Source: Histomonas meleagridis 2922-C6/04-290x
Taxonomy: Eukaryota > Protista > Parabasalia
Direction of reading: 5' to 3'
Assembly (NCBI GenBank): GCA_020184695.1
Contig: JAANOX010000258.1
Coordinates: 310,001-374,000 of the forward strand
DNA: 64,000 nucleotides
A program made the translations under genes and the position numbers. Below are positions 58,098 to 64,000 of this stretch, piece by piece (the stretch's first letter is position 1; each line of letters starts with the position of its first letter). The notes under the pieces are model-generated. The model worked only from the letters and a program-made list of their open reading frames with translations, was not told where the DNA came from and did not search any database.

Positions 58098-58558
58098 ATG
58101 TTAACTAATTGTTTAACATACATCATTAATTTTAATATAAAAGCAGATTTGTTACATTCAGTCCTTTACTTTCCGTAACCGAAGGTGAATATACTTATAT
58201 TGACACATCATTTGTTTACTATTCATACATTGTGGTTCAATTCTCTTTTTATGAAACTTATTATTATGGATTTTATACACTGATATATCAAAATTATGAA
58301 AAGCAAAACAACAAAAATGGAATTATCATTGGTGTTTGTGTTGCTTTGGCTGTTGTTATTGTTATTTTGTTGGTTATTTTGTTAATTCGAATCAAAATAC
58401 GTAAGCGAACAAACAGTGTAAACATCGAAGAAGCCGAAGAAGTCAAAGAATTTGGTGAAACAACGAACAAATTTTCGGCTGGTTTAAACGTAGCGAATGT
58501 TGACGAAGATCCATTTGCAGCAGATTTTAATGAAAGTAATGAATTTGTTAAAATATAA
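58098..58558 (+). pseudogene. Orphan stalk + TM + acidic DPF-tail fragment of a BspA-type surface protein
   Basis: Tyr-rich stalk end, TM GIIIGVCVALAVVIVILLVILLI and tail DEDPFAADFNE. There is no ectodomain upstream, and one frameshift near 58150. Confidence 0.55.
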
Positions 58559-58608
58559 AAATAAATGAATAAATAAATAAATAAAGAAAATGAAAAATTT
58601 TTGTTTCT

Positions 58609-59799
58609 TTAGAAATCTATTTCGCGATCATAGAAAACTGCGAGAAGTAATTTCTCCATTTCTTCTTGTGTTGGTTGGCGTGGGTTAGAGCCTGTGCATG
58701 CATCGCCGATTGCGTTAGTTGCAACTGCTGAAAGTTTATCAAGAAATTCCTTCTCGTCGATGATTCCGCCTTCGTATTCTTTGATGCACGTAGGAATTTC
58801 GAGTTCGACATTCATTTGGCGAATTTCTTTGATAAGTGAGTCGACAAGTTCTTCTGTGGTTGAGCCTGGAAGATGAATGAAGCGCGCAATTTCAGCATAA
58901 CGTTCTGCGGCTTCTGCGTTCTTAGAGTTGTATTTGATAACTTTAGGAAGATACATAGCGTTAGCGCACCCGTGGATAATGTGACCGCCGCTGTATGCTG
59001 CGCCTGTTTTATGTGCCATAGAATGAACAATGCCAAGAAGTGCATTAGAGAATGCCATACCGGCAAGGCATTGCGCATCATGCATCGTCGCACGGCAATT
59101 CATGTCACCATTAAATGACTTAATGAGATTTTCATGAATAAGTTTGATGGCATGAAGTGCAAGACCATCTGTGTAATTGCAATGAAGTGTTGAGACATAT
59201 GCTTCAATGGCATGTGTAAGTGCATCCATACCTGTGTGTGCTGTGAGTTTCTTGGGCATCGTCTCGGCAAGTTCAGGATCAACAATGGCAACATCGGGTG
59301 TGATGTTGAAATCTGCAAGTGGATACTTAATGCCTTTATGATAATCTGTGATAACAGCAAAGGCTGTAACTTCAGTGGCTGTGCCAGATGTGGATGGAAT
59401 AGCACAGAACTTCGCTTTAGTACGAAGTTCGGGGAAGTTGAAAGGTTGAATAAGTGACTCAAAGGTGGTCTCTGGATATTCATAAAATGCCCACATGGCT
59501 TTGGCTGCATCAATTGGTGAACCACCACCAATAGCTACGATCCAATCTGGATTGAACTTGCGCATCGCTTCTGCTCCACGCATAACTGTTTCAACTGATG
59601 GATCTGCTTCAACCCCTTCAAAGGTTTCGACTTCCATACCTGCTTCTTTAAGATAATTAATGGTCTTTTGAAGAAAACCAAACTTTTGCATCGAGTGGCC
59701 GCCTGTAACAACAATTGCACGCTTACCTTTAAGGTTCTTTAAGTTAGCAAGTGCACCTTTGCCATGATAAAGATCACGTGGAAGTGTAAAACGTCCCAT
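58609..59799 (-). CDS. Iron-containing alcohol dehydrogenase (clostridial NADPH-dependent butanol dehydrogenase-like)
   Basis: GGGSPIDAAK, PSTSGTATE, GMDALTHAIEAY, HSMAHK and HGCANA are the Fe-ADH His/Asp ligand motifs. Tandem Inr-like TCATTT/TCACTT upstream. Confidence 0.95.
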   Translation of the reverse strand: MGRFTLPRDLYHGKGALANLKNLKGKRAIVVTGGHSMQKFGFLQKTINYLKEAGMEVETFEGVEADPSVETVMRGAEAMRKFNPDWIVAIGGGSPIDAAKAMWAFYEYPETTFESLIQPFNFPELRTKAKFCAIPSTSGTATEVTAFAVITDYHKGIKYPLADFNITPDVAIVDPELAETMPKKLTAHTGMDALTHAIEAYVSTLHCNYTDGLALHAIKLIHENLIKSFNGDMNCRATMHDAQCLAGMAFSNALLGIVHSMAHKTGAAYSGGHIIHGCANAMYLPKVIKYNSKNAEAAERYAEIARFIHLPGSTTEELVDSLIKEIRQMNVELEIPTCIKEYEGGIIDEKEFLDKLSAVATNAIGDACTGSNPRQPTQEEMEKLLLAVFYDREIDF

Positions 59800-59826
59800 A
59801 GGAATGTTTTTTCCAAAGTGAAATGA

Positions 59827-60120
59827 TTGCAGGCGACCAAAAAAGCGCTATCAATTCCTATCGAAGATACTGAAATGGCTATCGTCGTTTATCAAAGCCT
59901 ATCTACCGGATTCAATTTTGCGTACAATTCAATATTTCACCACTTTTCACGCTTTCTGAAAACTCAAAGAAAAAAATTCAACTTTTTAATAGAAGAAGAT
60001 TTTAACCTTCAATTTTCAATAAAAAATATTTTTACAGAAACTTACAACAATTACCAAAGCGAAGAATCATTTCATAGAAATCCAATATTAATGCAAAGGT
60101 TTCTTGAAATTAATGGTTAA
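59827..60120 (+). CDS. Possible short hypothetical ORF
   Basis: 97 codons with a TTG start. No motif recognised. Confidence 0.25.
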   Translation: MQATKKALSIPIEDTEMAIVVYQSLSTGFNFAYNSIFHHFSRFLKTQRKKFNFLIEEDFNLQFSIKNIFTETYNNYQSEESFHRNPILMQRFLEING

Positions 60121-60471
60121 ATTCAATATTTTGAAAAAATTAAGATAATCTTTTATTTTTGATTTAAACTCAAAATTTTGAATTTTAATTCACACTCTCA
60201 TCTATGTTTGGCTTCATATTCTCAATTTCCTATTTTTTTTTTTTTTTCTTTGTTGAGATTTAATAATTGATAATTTTTCTTTTTTTAAAAAATTGTTTTC
60301 TGTGTCCAAACTCTTTTGAGACTGGAACTTTGAAGTTCTTAATTTTCTTGCTCAAGTTTCTTTTATATAAATTTAGTTTTTTTTTTAATAAAATGAAAGT
60401 ATTTAACGTCCTCCTGTCAGTTTTGGTCAAATAAACGCAAAATAAAATGACTATCTTTGTTCGATTTTCAA

Positions 60472-61116
60472 ATGCCAATTTACTTCATTCATGTTGTTAG
60501 ACTAAGTGATTCCCTCATCTTAACATCAACAATGGACGATGACTCAAATGCTTCATCGCTTAAAACTGAAGCGAAACGATTTTATTCACAAATCAACCAA
60601 AACTCACCACCGAAAAACAGTTTTAAAATGACCAATGGAACGATTTATATTTCTGTTTATGGAGAATTTTTCTCATCCTGTGTTACAGATCCTAATTTCC
60701 CACCTTCTACAGCTTTTCAAATGCTTGATGACGTTAACGCAAGCTTTAATAATGAATATGGTGAATCTGTTTCAGCAGCAGAACGTGAGTATGTTTTTAT
60801 GGAATTTCATACAACACTTGATGCTTTACGAGCACAACATCTTAAAATCTCAGCTGACGCATCAATGGGTAAACTTCAAAGTGAACTCAATGATGTTCAA
60901 ACAGCTATGGCGAACAATGTTAAGACAGCACTTATTCGTGAAGAAATGCTTAGTGACATCGGAGATCTTTCAGAGAAACTTGGGCAAGGCGCGAGCATGT
61001 TTGCATCTGACGCGACAAATTTAAACAGATATTACTATTGGAACACGTATGGAAGGCCTGCGACAGTTATTTCTATTTCAGCGTTGATTTATTTCCTGGT
61101 TTCATTAGTGATCTAA
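60472..61116 (+). CDS. SEC22: Longin-domain R-SNARE, Sec22-like
   Basis: N-terminal longin domain, SVSAAEREYVFMEF (compare Sec22 ARPYAFIKF), R-SNARE helix MANNVKTALIREEML and a C-terminal TM segment. Confidence 0.75.
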   Translation: MPIYFIHVVRLSDSLILTSTMDDDSNASSLKTEAKRFYSQINQNSPPKNSFKMTNGTIYISVYGEFFSSCVTDPNFPPSTAFQMLDDVNASFNNEYGESVSAAEREYVFMEFHTTLDALRAQHLKISADASMGKLQSELNDVQTAMANNVKTALIREEMLSDIGDLSEKLGQGASMFASDATNLNRYYYWNTYGRPATVISISALIYFLVSLVI

Positions 61117-61499
61117 ACATAATTTATTTTTATATTTTTATAATTTTCTAAATTGTTATATGTTTTTATAATAGTTTTAGGAAAAGTTATTTAAACACAA
61201 AGAATAATGTTTTAAAGTTTCATTAAATGTTCAGTGCATTAATTGGTGGGTTCGAGACCTTAAGGATATCTTCAGCGATAAAAATTGCTACATGTGATAT
61301 GAAATAAATCAGAACGTTTTTTATTTAATGAAGTATGTAGAACTAAGTGTTGCATTTCATATATTCGTTACGCACTTCACTAAAATGCATTTATTTTTTT
61401 GACGAAACATTGCTAACAGTTACAATGCTTTTTCCACGAATAAACAAAATATACATATAATACTTTTCCAATTTTCTCTTGTGCGATATTTCAGAGAGA

Positions 61500-62121
61500 T
61501 TACCATTTACCAAAATGCATTTTTTCGTCAACGTTATACTCGACTTGTTCTACAACAGTTTTGTCATCTGCAGGATATCCTAATCCGATGTAGCAAGGCA
61601 AAAGATAATCATCTGGTGCTCCAACTTCTTTTGCTACTTTTAATCCTTCATCACCAACAGGTATTCTCATTGAACAAGCCAATCCTTCTGCAGTTGCAGC
61701 TAGAAACATATTTTCAATTACACACCAAATAGAAGAAATTGGATTAAAAGAGCTGACAGAAGTAGGTTTCATGAGATCAGGAGCTGTCTTAAAGAATGGC
61801 AATATAAGATGCGATGCATTATAAAGCATTGTGTATTGTTTGGGCATCGCATCTGCATACATTTTTTGTTGGGCGGTGCCGTCAACAAGAACTCGTTTAA
61901 GGATTTCCAGCTGAGGTTTGACTCCTTTTCCAATGAATTGAAGAGCCTTCTTCTTGTCATTGGAATCTTGAAGAATGACAAATTCCCAATTCCTTAAATG
62001 ATCATGTGTAGGTGCTTTGAGTCCTGATTCAATGACTTTCTTCAAAATATCATTGGGTACAACTTTTGCTTGGAAATCTCGAACAATCCTCCGCTGATCA
62101 ATGGCCAGTATAAAGTGACAT
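61500..62121 (-). CDS. Bacterial-type nitroreductase family protein, one +1 frameshift near the start
   Basis: From ATG 62121 it reads MSLYT/(shift)AIDQRRIVRDFQ..., then APTHDHLRNWEF and ENMFLAATAEGLACS. The span is 622 nt, i.e. 3n+1. Confidence 0.85.
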
Positions 62122-62176
62122 CGTTCCTAGCGGAGGTTTAGATTCGGGAGCTTTGCGTTTGGAAACGCTTTTCTTT

Positions 62177-62599
62177 TTATGGTGAATCTCTGGTTTTGAT
62201 TGCTATCTCTCCCAGAATTGAAATGAAGTATTCCCAGTTTTTGATTTCTTCATTTTCAATACTTGAGTTTCGAGGAATCATCTCCAGTGAACCTGTTGGA
62301 CATGACCTTGTACACACACCGCATCCAATGCAATCGTTTGGTGATACTTGGATTCGAAATTGGTAATCCTTCATTTCTTTATCGTTGGATTTTGCGGTTT
62401 TAATTTGCTTAGTTTCTTTTGGTGAAAGGAAGAAGGGATGAATGGAGCCATGTGGACAGATTATTGTGCATGAATAACATTGAAGACACTTTTTTTCGTC
62501 CCAGTGTGGAATCATGGATGGTTTACCTAATTTCACCCCTGTTTTGAAAAGCCTTGAAGCAAATAATCCCCCATCATGCCTGCTGAACGAAGAAAGCAT
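62177..62599 (-). CDS. Stand-alone 2[4Fe-4S] ferredoxin resembling the PFOR delta domain, with a hydrogenosome-type presequence
   Basis: WDEKKCLQCYSCTIICPH...FRIQVSPNDCIGCGVCTRSCP...NWEY. N-terminus MLSSFSR. M2 motif at 62614-62621. Confidence 0.75.
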   Translation of the reverse strand: MLSSFSRHDGGLFASRLFKTGVKLGKPSMIPHWDEKKCLQCYSCTIICPHGSIHPFFLSPKETKQIKTAKSNDKEMKDYQFRIQVSPNDCIGCGVCTRSCPTGSLEMIPRNSSIENEEIKNWEYFISILGEIAIKTRDSP

Positions 62600-62679
62600 A
62601 TGCCTGAATCGTTGTCACTTTTTTGATAGTTCGATGATAAAAATTTAAATGTCCGGAGTCGAACCTTGACATTTTTATT

Positions 62680-63100
62680 ATTAAAGCCGTTGATAATCTT
62701 CTTGATTAAGAATATTAATTCACCAACTTCATTTGGAACATTTTCATGTTTATTACTGAGGAAGAATTTGCAAATTGAAATTTTTTTCTTTTGTTAATTA
62801 AAAAGATATTTAAACACAAAAGCAATAGAACCACTAATAATTCTAATTAAAGCACCTGTTGAAATTTTATCTTTTTTTGTTCCTAAAATATTCAAGAAAA
62901 TATGAAATTAAAGAATTTTAGAGGTGTAAAAGTATTTGAACTAATAAATGCTTTTTAACTAGTAAATGCAGAGTTGTTAATGAATTACATTCTTGAGCTG
63001 TTTCATTTCTATCGAAATTACAAAATTTTTCATCTGCATAATTAATATATTTCATTACATTTAGGAAACATTAAAAAATGAAATGAGTTCGAGACTTGGT
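62680..63100 (-). pseudogene. Decayed surface-protein C-terminal remnant
   Basis: Broken fragments FISSNTFTPLK and ISTGALIRIISGSIAFVF resemble stalk and TM segments of trichomonad membrane proteins. Confidence 0.3.
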
Positions 63101-63751
63101 TGATGAACTCCATAAAAATACAAACATTTAATATTATATAAATCTGAAAATGCATAACTTGAAATTATTTTAAAACTTTCAGAGAATAACTGTTTCTAAA
63201 CTAAAATGCATTACTTCCAATTAAAGTAACTAAACTTGGAATTGTAATATTTATTAAACTTGTATAATTGAAAAATGAAGGTAATTACCTCCTATTTCTT
63301 TTATATTTTCACCATAAATAACTGTTTCTACATTAGTTCAATAAGATAATGCATTATTTCCAACTAAGGCAACAAGAAATTTTGCTTAAGTCATCGCTCA
63401 GTTATATAACAAATGTATGAACAAAAATTAATACGTTGAAATTTTTATTCACCTTCAAGTTTCTTCTTTATCTTATCTCTCTTTGGAATTGTTTTTGATA
63501 AGAAAAATTTCTTTGAGGATATAAAAATTTTAACAATCTTCAAGTAGATAGGAAATTGGTTTTAAAGAAAATTAGTGGTAACTGCTAAAAAATGATTTTT
63601 GATCAATGTTTTACACAAAACAAATTGCATTATTTTTAAAGAAAGCTAAAAATAGCTCTTTTTGAAAAATATAAAAATTGATCATGAAAACGTGTTTAAA
63701 TTTTTTTTTCATATGCCAATAAAAAGTGACGCCCTTATTCTCCAGGCCGAG

Positions 63752-64000
63752 ATGACTGAGGTGCCAAATGATGATTCTGTTGTCAAAGTTCATCTCTCAA
63801 TCAATCATGAAAATGAAACGCTATCTGTTGACTTTCCATTTAGCAAGAAATTTGATGATATCGATAGTGTTGTTGCAGATTTGATTGAAACATTATCAAT
63901 ATCAGACATAGATCCAAATGCCATTAAATCCATGATTGAGGCCCAGGTATACAAAGCAGCTCCACCCCGAAGTGGTCCAAGCTTTGAACCAATTAATGAT
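63752..64000 (+). CDS. Hypothetical protein, 3'-partial
   Basis: ATG 63752 is open to the window end (MTEVPNDDSVVKVHLSIN...). M2 motif at 63723. Confidence 0.6.
   Translation, partial: MTEVPNDDSVVKVHLSINHENETLSVDFPFSKKFDDIDSVVADLIETLSISDIDPNAIKSMIEAQVYKAAPPRSGPSFEPIND

Overview
AT-rich eukaryotic DNA with compact, mostly intronless genes. It is almost certainly a parabasalid (trichomonad; this is an inference), based on an IBD/initiator-binding-domain protein, DUF3447-ankyrin and BspA-like families, Inr/M2/M3/M5-type promoter motifs, a hydrogenosome-type presequence and one GTATGT...ATTAACACATAG intron. Housekeeping genes: RPLP2, RPL23A, RPL39 (missed by the ORF track), tRNA-Ile(UAU), a spliced AGC kinase, a RapGAP, a Rag-like GTPase, Sec22 and an RRM protein. 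The right end holds a redox cluster: a clostridial-type Fe-ADH, a nitroreductase and a stand-alone PFOR-derived ferredoxin. The most striking signal is in three DUF3447-ankyrin genes (9.6-12.0 kb +, 37.8-41.6 kb -, 53.2-57.4 kb -). Every ankyrin repeat there is a stop-free coding block, nearly always 90 nt, separated from the next by an AT-rich spacer at the same position (the beta-hairpin). By hand count there are 42 spacers: 26 are exactly 80 nt and 8 are exactly 63 nt. They carry a conserved near-palindrome (TTTCAAAATAATATTTGGAAA), generally lack GT-AG ends, and break the frame or contain stops. This suggests an undescribed class of non-canonical intron-like or recoding elements, or a modular cassette system; function is unproven. 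Scattered single-base indels elsewhere suggest some consensus errors or pseudogenes. All coordinates and counts were made by eye. No searches were run.
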